Positions 50,888 to 64,000 of a DNA stretch of 64,000 bases are shown here, piece by piece. A program made the translations under genes and the position numbers. The DNA comes from Octopus sinensis. Taxonomy: Eukaryota. The stretch lies in NCBI RefSeq assembly GCF_006345805.1, contig NC_043014.1, positions 34,596,001 to 34,660,000 on the forward strand. Direction: 5' to 3'. Positions within the stretch are counted from its first letter, which is position 1; every line of letters begins with the position of its first letter. The notes below the pieces were generated by a model. The model had not been told where the DNA came from. It searched no databases and worked only from the letters and a program-made list of their open reading frames with translations.

Positions 50888-53353
50888 AGTCCCACTGTTG
50901 TTACTTTATAATAATTTTCTATTTGTAGCAGATTCTATGCTCTCTGTGTTGTGGGTGGATGTATTCTGTCTATATCAGCTTTGGGGTTGGTGAGTTTGGA
51001 AACTATTTGTAGTTCTTTTTTCTGTATGAACTCTTCAATTCACTTAGCTTTCAGTTCATTATTTTATGGCTGTAGATTATAGCTTCAACATCTGGATGCC
51101 CTTCCTAATGCCAACAGCATTACAGAATGAACTAGGAGGTTTTTAATAGGTACTGGCACTTGTGAGATTAGCAAGTAACTTGCAAGACATGACAAGACCC
51201 TACGACTAAGGAATAGTATTGAGGGAGGTAGCTTTATGCCAAGTGATGAGATGTTAAAGTATGATAGAGGGACAGGAGTATTGTCCTTTGTAAATTACTT
51301 TTGCATCATCCATATAAAGGAGGTGGCAGTGATGTAGTCTGGGGTGTGCAGGTCTCATAGGACAGCCACTTTATGTTTGTGTGTTTGCTGTAGATATGTT
51401 GCTTTTAATGAAGGTGGCAGTCAATTTGGTTACTGCAGAAGTTGACTAAAAGCCACTCTATATCACTGGGAGATGGCTTGTAGTTTCTCCAAAGCATGTA
51501 TGACCATAAAATCACAACTATGCAGAAGAGTATGGCAGCTCATTCCTTTTCTTATTGATATTGGGCTGGTTTTAATTATTTTCTCTTTGCCTTGCAGCAA
51601 TATGGTTGTTTCCATTTTGACATGGTATGGTTTATTGATTAAAAGGCGGCAAGCTGGCAGAAACGTTAGCACACCGGGCAAAAAACGTAGCCGTATTTTG
51701 TCTGCCGTTACGTTCTGAGTTCAAACTCCGCCAAGGTCAACTTTGCCTTTCATCCTTTCGGAGTCGATTAAATAAGTACCAGTTACGCATTGGGGTCGAT
51801 GTAATTGACTTAATCCATTTGTCTGTCCTTGTTTGTCCCCTCTGTGTTTAGCCCCTTGTGAGTAGTAAAGAATAGGTATGGTTTATTGATTAAAGCACAA
51901 CGTCAGTATAAAACTGCTATATTTATGCAAAGTGTCTTCTTTATCAAAGAGTGTGATACTATGTTTTGATAGTCATAAACTAAAGTTATTTTGTTTTCCT
52001 ATTTTTACTACCTTCTGTAACCATGTGGTTCACTAATAGTTATTCCTTACAGCCAGGCATCCTTTTCAACATCCATTTTTTTCTTTCATTCAGTTGAGTA
52101 TAGTTGGAAGGGCTAGATTTTGTATGTCACTTGCAAATATATCATAAGTCTACATTGGTTGCTGGTATTTTTGTTTTGGAAAATTAATATTGCTTCCCCC
52201 TCCAACAGTTTGTTTTTAAATCATTGCCAAAGCACTTATTATAGATTGTTTCCATTTTTACTCCTCGCAAACTAGTTATTTTGCTTCAGTCAAGTGCATT
52301 ATAAAGATTGAGTCAACCACTTTTACTTTAGCTGAAAGTTTTCCTGTGTCTGGTCATTATGGTGAAAGAGGTCATTTAGAGGATGAGGATTGAAAACAAG
52401 ACTTTTTTTCTCTTGTTAAGCAATGGCATCACTAGGATTGGTGTCACTCAACACCCACTATGATGACTCATGGTATCCCCCCATGGGCTTCCTCTACCAG
52501 ATCATGCAGAATCCTTTGCAACACATTTTTGTACTAATGTTACTAGTAAATTGCAATTTCTATGTATCATTAAATCTAATGGCAACAGCAGTTACATAAA
52601 CATCCTGTGAAGTTGAAATTACATATTTAAATTACAATATCTCATAACAAACATTACTGTATTTATGCATGGTTTCATGCGATTAAAGCAAACATTCAGT
52701 GAAAAAAAAGTGAAAAAAAATTCAAAGTAAATTTTATTGAAATATAGTAATGGAATAGATGAACTTTTTTATGAATATCCCTTTTTCTATAAAATCCACT
52801 TCTGGTGTTACCTTTTCTGATAATGCCACTCTTTTGATACCAGTGTGATTAAGTCCTTATAAACTTCAGAAAGAAAGGTGTGAGTAACAAAGTATTGCCC
52901 TCCAATTAATTCACGAAAAGATGAGTGACAGTGGCAAGTTAGGTGAAGTTGGATGAACAGGAAGAGAAACTGGCAAAATTGTGAGCACACCGGGTGAAAA
53001 ACTTAGCAGTATTTAGTCTGTTGCTATGTTGTGAGTTCAAATTCTGCTGAGGTTGACTTTGCTTTTCATCTTTTTGGGGTCAATGAAATAAGTACCAGTT
53101 GAACACTGGGGTCAATGTTATTGACTTATCCTCTCATTAGTAAGGTGGGGAGCTGGTAGAATCATTAGCACTTTGGATGAAATACTTTGTGGTATTTAGC
53201 CTGTTGCTACATTCTGAGTTCAAATTCTGCCAAGGTCAACTTTGCCTTTCATCCTTTCAGGGTCGATAAATTAAGTACCAGTGAAACACTGGGGTCAATG
53301 TAATCATCTAGGTCTCTCCCCCAAATTTCAGGCCTTGTGCATATAGTAGAAAG

Positions 53354-53425
53354 GGTGGTTGTTGTTGTTGTTGTTGTTGTTGTTGTTCTTCTTCTCCTCC
53401 TCCTCCTCCTCCTCTCCTCCTCCTC

Positions 53426-53465
<40 letters not shown>

Positions 53466-53488
53466 TATTATTATTATTATTATTATTC
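53354..53488. repeat. Compound trinucleotide microsatellite (GTT)n-(CTT)n-(CCT)n-(CAT)n-(TAT)n at a SINE tail
   Basis: Directly visible. Confidence 0.95.
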
Positions 53489-54368
53489 AGTAGTCTTATT
53501 TTTATCATGTGCTTTCACTGCACTACTGAGTGCAGCTCTGTGTGCCTTGGGTATATGCTGTGGTTTGCTGTTGTGCTCTTATTTTCACTGTATTGAAAGT
53601 GTTTTACACAGGAAAGTGTTTTACATAGGTGCCAGGTAGTGCTATTTTCTGTATTTTCTGGTGTTTTTGTTATGCATTTGTCTGAATGTTTTTAAATCAT
53701 ACCTAATGCATCTACTATTATAGGGATTGTTTGTGTTTTTATGCTCCACATTTGGGTTATCTCTATTTCCAGATCTTTCTATTTTGAAAGTTCCTCCATT
53801 TCTTTTAGAGATATATTGTCATCTTTTGGGATTGATACAACATTTATCATTATTATTATTATTAACGTGGTAAGCTGGCAAAATTGTTAGCATGTTATGC
53901 AAGCTGCTTTGTAGCATTTTTTCTAGCTTTACATTCTGAGTTCAAATTCTGCTGAGGTCAATTTAATAAAATAAATACCAATTCAGCACTGGGGTTTGAT
54001 GTAATTAACTTATCCTCTCCTTTGAAATTGCTGGCCTTGTGCCAAAATTTGAAACCATTATTGTTATTGTTGTTGTTGTTATTATTATTTTTGTTACTGA
54101 GTGAGAGAGCAGTGCATGCCATCAAAGTGACACTGGGGCACAAATATACAAAGATCAGTATACTCATCATAGTTATTTATCTGTAAGGGTATACCAGGTA
54201 CATGCATCACAACCATATGTGCACGACATGGTGATCTCATATCAAGATAAACAGCACATGACCTTGCAGGTGGGGCCCTGTTAGAATTTTCTTCTGGTTG
54301 AGTAGCCCATCTTGCTCAAAAGGTCCCTGAATAAGGGTTGTTTAAGGAAGTTGAATAAAACACCCATG

Positions 54369-56841
54369 AGATCTATTTGGTTTGGTTGCCAACATTGCAA
54401 AAATCAAAGTTTATCAAAATTTTTTTATTTAGGAACATTAATATACTTTAAAATGCTGAATTGCTGGAGTTATTTCACTTTTTCTTGAAAAAAAAAAAAA
54501 AAAAATTATAGAGATTTAAAATTTGATCATTTTTGCCCAGTCAGGAAACAGGATTTGGAAGCTGTCATTTTGTGCTTGACTGCACATTTTGTCAACATCA
54601 TGAAAAGAGCACATGTTGTCAAGAAAGAGTAAACAACACGTCTTTTGCAGTTTTAAGCATTGCGATAGCACGAACTTAAAAGATTTATCCAAAAATGTCA
54701 TTTAGCTGTTATTTTTAGCACACCTCACAACCACCTCAGTGACAAAAACAAACGAGTAAACAACACATATTTTGTAGTTTTAAGATTTCAATATGCTTTT
54801 AATGCAAATGTGATATACAACACATTACATGCAATAAACACATTACAATTTAAATATGCTTAAAAAACAAACATTTAAGCCCTCAATATGCATTTAATGC
54901 AAATGTGATAAGCAACACATTACATGCGATAAACACATTATAATTTTTCCCCACAAATGGTTTGAATACAATTTTAAGAGAAAGATTTGGAAGAATTTGA
55001 TGAAAGGTCTCTAGTAATTTTCTTTCATGTAAATAAATGTTTATGTTAATTTTGAAATTTGCCAGCAAAATCTTATAAAATGACAATGTTCCAAAAGATG
55101 TACATGTTTATATGTTATATATGAAAATAAAAGAGTGAAAATATATACTTAAAAAACAAACATTTAAGCATGCAATAAGCAACACATTATAAAATATTTA
55201 AAAAATTAAAAATGAAAGTTAGAAATACAGTCAATCGATTTCTTGAACATATCATAATTTTCATACCTCTTGCACCACATAAATTCACAGAGATATAAAT
55301 TTACTATAGAACAGTGAGTGCCACAGTGTTGTTTATTACCTCACTTCACAGATGCCCATGTACTCTCCACTTGTTGAGTGTGGGGTACCTTCTTTCAGGT
55401 TAACAAATCCAACGCTGTGGTCCACTGTTCTATGCTCAAAACTGTAACCATCAATTTCAGGAATGTGAAAGTATACCCTCCACAAATCACTGAAAATTCT
55501 GGTTCCTGGAAGAATCAAGTGATGTATACATTCTTCCATGGCACTGCATGCAGAAAAACCTGTCTTGTCTTGCAACACACTCCTCCAAAAACCTAATGCT
55601 CAGGTAGGACCCTTTCTTGGTTGTACCTATGTCTTGAGAAGACTGTCTCGATCTCAACAATCTTCCCTTGAATTGGATGACAGAGCAAGTCCTCCGCACA
55701 TATTTTCCTAACACAACTACTATAGTCAATGGAGGCACAATGGCCCAGTGGTTAGGGCAGCGGACTCGCGGTCATAAGATCGCGGTTTCGATTCCCAGAC
55801 CGGGCGTTGTGAGTGTTTATTGAGCAAAAACACCTTAAAGCTCCATGAGGCTCTGGCAGGGGATGGTGGTGATCCCTGCTGTACTCTTTCACCACAACTT
55901 TCTCTCACTCTTACTTCCTGTTTCTGTTGTACCTGTATTTCAAGGGGCCGGCCTTGTCACTCTCTGTGTCACGCTGAATATCCCCAAGAACTACGTTAAG
56001 GGTGCACGTGTCTATGGAGTGCTCAGCCACTTACACATTAATTTCACAAGCAGGCTGTTCCGTTGATTTGGATCAACCGGAACCCTCATCATCGTAACCG
56101 ATGGAGTGCTTCCACTATAGTCAACATCTGTGCCATGGTTCATCTCCAGTTCTTCAACACAATACCAGACTGAAGTCAATTCCTTAACCCAAGAGTAAAG
56201 AAAAAACACTACAGTCCTAAGAGGAAGGGTTCCACCTTCAAACTTTGTATCTTTCCTCACTAACACAGACTCCATGCATTCACAGTGCGAGCATCACCAG
56301 TACACATTCCCACCATGTCTTTTTGTACACATAATATGTTTCTTCTTTTTACATAATTTTCTTTTGGGTATAATACCCCTTTCCTATAGGTACAGCATTG
56401 TATCCTTCTCTGTTCTTAGTGTTGCTATTATAGAAGCAAGGTTACTGGAGCTTGTTGCCATAACCAAACAGTAAAATTTCCAACAGAACACAGCGTCAAT
56501 AAGGGATTTCAATATATTTGTCAACGTGCTTTCTCGCAGACAAAATAATTCTCAGTTCTGCTTGTTCCTTTGGAAACAGGCACATGCTTTCTCACAAACA
56601 AAAGAGTTCTCATATTGTTCCTGTTATTATACTATGAAAACAGACATGAACATGTCTGTGGCTTATGATTGGCTAAAATTACCCCAAATTTTCAAACTTT
56701 AATTGCTAATAACTCTTTATTTATTGATTTATAGCGAAAATGATTTTCACATCATTTATTAACCCATAAATGTGTTTCATTTCACTGAATATGAAATAAA
56801 TTCAAACAGAATTGATGCTGGCAGCCAAACTGAATAGATTC
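54369..56841 (-). mobile_element. Merlin (IS1016/IS1595-like) DNA transposon, degenerate, nested in another repeat and interrupted by a SINE
   Basis: 8-bp TSD CACCCATG (54361-54368 / 56842-56849); imperfect TIRs AGATCTATTTGGTTTGGTTGCCAAC vs GAATCTATTCAGTTTGGCTGCCAGC; minus-strand KDTKFEGGTLPL, GKIVEIE and ILPGTRIFSDLWRVY..HRTVDHSVGFV. Confidence 0.8.
55730..56113 (+). mobile_element. Full-length tRNA-derived SINE inserted in the Merlin transposase
   Basis: 11-bp TSD ACTATAGTCAA (55719-55729 / 56114-56124); tRNA-like head. Confidence 0.9.
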
Positions 56842-57129
56842 CACCCATGTTTCCAGAGGTGAATTATTCAAACCACTAAGAATTCTTCTCAACACATGGC
56901 TATGATTCGCCTCCTCTACTTCTGCCCGTGATCAGAGATGCACATATCGTCAGCCACTAACTGACATGCTCAACTGGTTATGGTCAAGCAACTGACCTGC
57001 AAATCTGTGGTATTGAGCAGAATATTTGCTGTAACCCATCTTTTATACCAAGACAAAACATATACATGATAACACTTCCAATCAGCTAAGATCAGAAGCC
57101 ATGAGAGCCAGTGCCTGGTATTGCATCAG

Positions 57130-57372
57130 GGCATTTATTATCATCATCATGACCATAATCATCATCATCATCATCATCATTATAAATCATCATTAGCATC
57201 ATCATTACTATAATAATCATTATTATTTTTATTATCAATATCATTAAAATAATTTTAGTATGATAATTATTATTGTTATAATAATAACAGAAATAATATT
57301 TATCATTATTGCCATAATAATAATAATATCTATTATTATTGCCATAATAATAATAATATTTATTATTATTGC

Positions 57373-57407
<35 letters not shown>

Positions 57408-57465
57408 TTATTTTTTTTTTATTATCATTATCAATATTATCATTATTATTGATAATACTATTCCT
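57130..57465. repeat. (ATC)n/(ATT)n low-complexity tract with ~27-bp internal tandem units
   Basis: TTATTGCCATAATAATAATAATAT is repeated about 3 times. Confidence 0.9.
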
Positions 57466-58069
57466 GTCATAAATATCCGGTCAACTCCATCTATATACTC
57501 CACAGGTATCACATTCTCATTGCCTTCACTTTCATCTTCATATCTATTTCCTTATTATATCCTGGCTAGACAAAAGCTGCTGGTATACACTTATTAAAAA
57601 TAAGTTGGCTTTATTTCTGTATAACACATACACCTACACATACCTATATATTCACTTCATTCTTTTGCTATTTTTATGTCTGCAAAAGAATTGTTTGGTT
57701 TAACAATCACAATAGAAAATATATCTTGAGTGGTCAAACTAGAGCAGTGGTTCTCAGCCACGTTTTGTCTATGGACCCTTTTGATTCCTATTTTACTTGG
57801 ATGAACCCTCATAGCCATTCAATGTTAAAAAAAAATCCCAATTATATTTTTATGATTAAATATTATTGGGAATTGCATTAAAGATATTAAAGTATTTTGT
57901 GTTTGGTAGAAGTATAACCAATTTATTGTACATAAACTTTAGCAATGAAATCTTATATTAACCCTCAATGGTCATGTAGACCCCAACTGAGAATCATTGT
58001 TATGAGTGGTCAAACTAGAGAGATTATTCTTTTATTGGTTTTGGTCATTGGATTGTGGAATCAAGAATA

Positions 58070-58490
58070 AGGCGGCTTGCTGGCAGAAACGTTAGCACAC
58101 CGGGCGAAATGCTTAGTGGTATTTCGTCTGCCGCTACGTTCTGAGTTCAAATTCCGCCAAGGTCGACTTTGCCTTTCAACCTTTCGGAGGGCGATTAAAT
58201 AAGAACCAGTTACGCACTGGGGTTGATATAATCGACTTAATCCTTTTGTCTGTCCTTGTTTGTCCTCTCTGTGTTTAGCCCCTTGTGGGTAGTAAAGAAA
58301 TAGGTATTTCGTCTGCTGTTACGTTCTGAGTTCAAATTCCGCCGAGGTTGACTTTGCCTTTCATCCTTTCGGGGTCGATAAATTAAGTACCAGTTATACA
58401 CTGGGGTCGATATAATCAACTTAATCCGTCTGTCTGTCCTTGTTTGTTTCCTCTGTGTTTAGATCCTTGTGGGTAGTAAAGAAATAGGTA
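58070..58490 (+). mobile_element. Head-to-tail SINE dimer (GCCTTTCATCC-domain family); a similar dimer lies at ~62070-62490 (-)
   Basis: Two consecutive TTCTGAGTTCAAATTCCGCC...GGTAGTAAAGAAATAGGTA blocks. Confidence 0.8.
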
Positions 58491-58584
58491 ATTGGATTGT
58501 GGTCATACTGGAGCATTGCTTTCAAAGGTATAATTGATAATATCAACCCTAGCACTTATTTCAGTCTTTTATTTTTCAAACTTT

Positions 58585-58935
58585 ATTTAGCAGTTGGATG
58601 GTTGTTATATGAGGATGCTTAGAATGACACTCAATGTCACCTGGAAGAGTCATACAACAAATGCTGACATATCAGTAACATTGAAGATACAGCATAGAAG
58701 GACGAAGCTAGCTGGACACTGCATCAAACATACTGGTGAAATTGCTAACAAGCTAGTGCTCTGGCAACTAACGGAAGGAAGAACCCGGAGAGGAAGGAGG
58801 AAGATGATCTATATTGATAACTTGCTGGAGGATACTGGTATGAAATGAGTACAGGAGTTGAGGACCATTATGAAAGATCGAGATGAGCTGGGAAAATGTG
58901 TAGAAACAGTCTTGGTACATCCTGAGGGATGACAT
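58585..58935 (+). pseudogene. RTE-like LINE 3' fragment
   Basis: DGCYMRMLRMTLNVTW...RRTKLAGHC...LVLWQLTEGRTRRGRRKMIYIDNLLEDTG, typical of the post-RT LINE C-terminus. Confidence 0.75.
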
Positions 58936-59678
58936 AGATAGATAGATTTATTTAGCAAACTATTACCAATCCATCTGTTTACTAGGGGAGGTCTACCTGC
59001 CCAAGGCAGTGGGTCATTAGATGTCTCTTACTTCACCTGATGGCATCTTGAGAAACAGCACAGGGCTTATGGCCAATGAATTGAGAATATGAACTCCTTC
59101 ACGAACTCCAGAGATAGAGAAAACTCTACTTCTCCATTACTTTTTATACGGAGGCTCTAGAATTAGAAAAATGTCCTGGTCAGTATTATTTGGAGCATTC
59201 TTGATAAGAGCTCTCCTTCCTCACCCAGAGAATGCAGCTACCAGCTTTGTCTTCATGAGAGACTGCACATACTGTAACGGCCTGTGGCATTCTTCAAGAA
59301 AACAGTCGTTATATTGCTGCAACCTACAATGTTCTCTGTTAATTAATTTTAAGCCATTAGCTGTTAAAAAAGGCTTTACTGGAATTTATTAGCTGTGCTT
59401 TTTGTGCCTGGGAAACTTAAAGTAATGCAATTCTGAGCTAAATCATTAATAAATTATTTAAATCTCACAAATTGTGTTGAATGCTCTTTTCTTTCATTTG
59501 TATACCTATCTGTATGTATGTGTGTGTGTATGTCTGTGTGAGTGTGTGTATGTGTGTGCGCGTGTGCATTGTATATTATACTATCATATATCATACACCT
59601 GATATATTCAGATGAGTTACCAGCGTCGCCTTACTGGCACCTGTGCCGGTGGCGTGTGTAAAAAGATTCAAGTGAGGT

Positions 59679-60095
59679 TGTAGTGATGCTACAGTGTAGG
59701 GTTCGGCGCGCATGCGCAGAATGGGACTACTTCCGGGTGGCCACCGGAAGTCTTCCCCATGCGCATGTGCGGGAAAACATCTCTCGAGCCCGCGAACCTC
59801 AAATCTCTCTCTTCGGCTCAAGACAGCACTGCGATCGGTCACGGTTTTCCTGGCTCTGACAGCCACACACCAACTTCAACCAACTTCAACCAACCTCAAC
59901 GACCAACACCAGCAGTATATCAGAGGCTGTCTATTCCCCCATCAGACAACGTACAACCATGAATCAATAACCAAGTTGTCTGTTCACCTTTAACCTGAGT
60001 TTCGTCTGTTTGTTTTCTACAAGAATTTTTGTATGTGACTAGAAAGGATCTCGACACCCTGCCAGTGCTTCGATGATAGATCCTTTCACGTTACA
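59679..60095 (+). mobile_element. Solo LTR (417 bp) inserted in an interspersed repeat
   Basis: TGT...ACA termini; 4-bp TSD AGGT (59675-59678 / 60096-60099); the host repeat resumes across the insertion. Confidence 0.85.
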
Positions 60096-60559
60096 AGGTC
60101 ATTGCCAGTGCCGCCTGACTGGCCCTCGTGCTGGTGACACGTAAAAGCACCCACTACACTTTCGAAGTGGTTGGCGTTAGGAAGGGCATCCAGCAGTAGA
60201 AACTCTGCCAGATCAAGATTGCAGCCATCTGGTTCAGCAGCCCTCACTCAAATCATCCAACCCATGCTAGCATGGAAAGCGGATGTCAAACGATGATAAG
60301 CACCCTCATCTTAGTTGCTATAGTTATAATATATCAATATACCACTTGTCCAAATCTAACAGTGTTTACAAATTATAATCATCATCATCATCTTTTAGCA
60401 TCCATTTTCTCTGCTGGCATGAGTTAGATGGTTTGAATGGAGCTGGAGAGCTGTGCCAGTCTGGTTTTGGCTTGGTTTCTACAGTTGGATGCTTTTCTTA
60501 ATTCCAACCACTCCAAGAGTGTAGTGGATGCCTTTTATGTGTCACTGTCATGGGTGCCT

Positions 60560-60705
60560 TTTATATACATACATACACACACACACACATGCATACATAC
60601 ATACATACACACACTCACACACACAAACATACATACATACAGACACACACATACATACATACACACACATACATACATACACACACATGCACACACACAC
60701 ACACA

Positions 60706-60739
<34 letters not shown>

Positions 60740-60750
60740 CATACATACAT
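60560..60750. repeat. (CATA)n/(CA)n compound microsatellite
   Basis: Directly visible. Confidence 0.95.
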
Positions 60751-63700
60751 TTATGCTCTGTAGATGTAAAGTATTGGGATGCCACCCTTGTCTGGAGTCG
60801 ATACCTCAGGTCTCATTGCCATAAAGCAATGTTCTGAGGATGAACTCTGTAGACTGCAATTCCAATATATACAGAGATACACACACACAAACACACAAGC
60901 ATGCACACACACACATGCATGTAATATGTATGTACGACAAGTTTCCTCAGTTTCTGTCAACTAAGTTCACACACAAGGTATTGGTTGACCCTTGGTTAAA
61001 GTATAGAATGTCAGCCAACAGTGTCTATAATATGACTGAACCTTGACCATGTGGTTCTGAGGCACATTTCTTAACCACACAGCCTTATATGTGCTTATTA
61101 AACAGCAGCAGCAGCAGCAGTAGCAGTAGTAGTAGTAGTAGTAGTAGTAGTAGATGATCCTCTGATGCAGTACCAGACAGTGACTCTCATGGCTTCTAAT
61201 CTTAGCTGGACTGGAAGTGTTATCATGTACATTGGTTTGCCATGGTATAAAAGATGGGCTACAGAAAATGTTCTGCTCAATACCACAGATTTGCTTGTTA
61301 GTTGTTTGACCTTAACCAGTTGAGCATGTCCCTTAGTGGCTGACGATATGTGCATCTCTGATCATGAGCAGAAGTAGAGGGGGAGCATCATAGCCATGTG
61401 CTGAGAGGGATTCTTTGGGGTTTGAATAATTCACCTCTGGAAACATAGGTGTTTCATTCAACATCCTTAAACAACCCTTATTCAGAGACCTTTTCATCAT
61501 ATATATATGATGGGCTTCTTTCAGTTTCTGTCTACCAAATTCACTCACAAAGCTTTGGTTGGCCTGAGGCTATTACAGCAAACACTTGCCCAAGTTACCA
61601 TGTAATGGGATTGAACCTAGAACCATGTGGTTGGGAAGGAAGCTTCTTACCACATAGCCATGCCTGTCTTTATTTTTTTATTCTTTTTACATGACTTAAT
61701 CAAAATTAGAAAGGCAATACATACTACCCTTGCCAAGGTTTCTGAGATTAACGAGGGAGGGATGGAGAAAGTTATCCTCAGACCTGAGACCTAAAGTGAT
61801 TCCTTGCAAAATAATGTGCTCTGTTAGAAGCACCTTGTTCTTAAACAGTGATGGAAAACTAGGTGATAGGTTAAAGAACAGGAGCAGAAGATCATAGAAA
61901 CTCACATAATGAAATGATATTCAATGTTTCAAACACTATTTTTTTGCATGTGATTATGGTCTTCTTCATCTTTAATCTTTTATGTGTTTCAGTCATTTGA
62001 CTGTGGTCAAGCTGGGGCACTGCCTTGAAGGGCGTTTTAGTCGAATGAATCAACTCCAGGACATATTCTTATTTCTTTATTGCCCACAAGGGGCTAAACA
62101 TAGAGGGGATAAACAAGGACAGACAAAGGGATTAAGTCGATTACATCGACTCCAGTGCATAACTGGTACTTAATTTATCGACCCCGAAAGGATGAAAGGC
62201 AAAGTCGGCCTCAGCAGAATTTGAACTCAGAACATAACGGCAGACGAAATATCTATTTCTTTACTACCCACAAGGGGCTAAACACAGAGAGGACAAACAA
62301 GGACAGACAAAGGGATTAAGTCGATTACAACGACCCCAGTGCATAACTGGTACTTAATTTATCGACCCTGGAAGGATGAAAAGCAAAGTCAACCTCGGCG
62401 GAATTTGAACTCAGAACGTACAGCAGACAAAATATCGCTAAGTATTTCGCCCTGCATGCTTAATGTTTCTGCCAGCTCGCCGCCTTAAAGAAAATGTCCT
62501 AGAGGACATTTTCTTTAAGTCTGGTACTTATTTGATTGTTCTTTTTTGCTGAATTGTTAAGTTACAGAAACATAAACACACCAACACCAGTTGTCAAGCA
62601 GTGGTGGGGAACAAAGACACACACGCACACACATGATGGGCTTCTTTTAGTTTCCATCTACATTTACAAGGCTATAGTAGAAGACACTTATCAAAGGTGC
62701 CATGCAATGGGACTGAACCCAGAACCATGTTGTTGAGAAGCTTCATACCATACAGCCAGGTGCAAATTACAGGGTGGTGGGGGCTGCAATATCTGTTGAT
62801 GTATATGTTGGTATGTGAAAACTTTAGGTGCAGGAGTGGCTGAGTGGTAAGTAGCTAGGCACAGGAGTGGCTGTGTGGTAAGTAGCTTGCTTACGAACCA
62901 CATAGTTTCAGGTTCAGTCCCACTGCGTGGCACCTTGGGCAAGTGTCTTCTATAATAGCCTCGGGCTGACCAAAGCCTTGTGAGTGGATTTGGTAGACGG
63001 AAACTGAAAGAAGCCCGTCATATATATATAAATATATATGTATGTGTATGTGTGTGTATAATGCTTGTGTGTCTGTGTTTGTCCCCCCCCCCCACCATTG
63101 CTTGACAACCAATGCTGGTGAGTTTACGTCCCCATAACTTAGTGGTTCGGCAAAAGAAGCCGATAGAATAAGTACCAGGCTTACAAAGAATAAGTCCTGG
63201 GGTCAATTTGCTCGACTAAAGGTGGTGCTCCAGCTTGGCCACAGTCAAATGACTGAAACAAGTAAAAGAGAAAAGGGTAAAAAGAGAAAAGAGTAAAAAA
63301 AAGTATAAATGAGAAATAGTTGGCAATAACACAGCTCCAGACTGATATTATATAAAGAACCCTTATTTCTAAACTAGTGGTAATGATGTTATTTTAATTG
63401 ACAATATTTACATATTGTAAATATATACTTTGAGGCACAAAAGCAAATAACAAATAAAATAGCTCAAACTACACAATAGTAACTAACAACACAATCCGAC
63501 TTATTCAAATACACAGACAAACTCTAACACCCCACATTAATTCACATTAATTCACATGCTACAAACATAGACACTCCCACCCCTCTCTGAATTTGAAAAG
63601 TATTAACCCTCCATATCCACTCTAAATTATAAAACAGGCTTCAAATCTTTACTTAAAACAATTAGTAGCACCAAGAGTCCCAACAACAGTGACATTGGCA

Positions 63701-64000
63701 GTACATGTTACCATCACTACAGGCGCAGGAGTGGCTGTGTGGTAAGTAGTTTGCTTACGAACCACATGGTTCTGGGTTCAGTTCCACTGTGTGACACCTT
63801 GGGCAAGTGTCTTCTGCTATAGCCTCGGGTCAACCAAAGCTTTGTGAATGGATTTGGTAGACAGAAACTGAAAGAAGTCCATCGTATATATGTATATATA
63901 TACGTATAGGCGCAGGAGTGGCTGTGTGGTAAGGAGCTTGCTTACGAACCACATGGTTCCGGGTTCAGTCCCACTGTGTGGCATCTTGGGCAAGTGTCTT

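Noticed and set aside
53308-53639. Poly-N/D/Q and poly-V/L/H/Y ORFs
   Set aside because: Translations of the compound trinucleotide repeat.
57260-57472. Poly-Ile hydrophobic ORF as a membrane peptide
   Set aside because: Translation of an (ATT/ATA)n low-complexity tract.

Overview
AT-rich eukaryotic, repeat-dominated DNA; the SINE families, (TA)n/(CA)n load and element types suggest a coleoid cephalopod, probably Octopus (inference only). No complete host protein gene could be recognised. A CpG-rich island at ~21.7-24.6 kb looks like a promoter, with candidate 5' exons on both strands. Supported mobile DNA: a near full-length Penelope-like element (PLE; RT plus C-terminal GIY-YIG, 43.4-48.4 kb), a second PLE fragment, a Chapaev/CMC-type transposon, a mariner, a Merlin-type transposon with related MITEs, RTE and CRE-type LINE fragments, two LTR remnants, hAT/TTAA/Helitron-like non-autonomous elements, several tRNA-derived SINE families and a degenerate tRNA-Asn. 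Most notable is the PLE architecture. Its ~538-bp terminal inverted repeat coincides with a GT-AG intron. The ATG-bearing first exon of that intron lies antisense at the element's 3' end and splices in frame into the long ORF. On the opposite strand the same sequence folds as a hammerhead ribozyme with a compensated U3-A8 core. The 38-49 kb region holds at least six further hammerhead-like modules inserted in (TA)n, including a 542-bp tandem retrozyme-like repeat. All folds, splice models and family names were assigned by eye, without computation or database searches.
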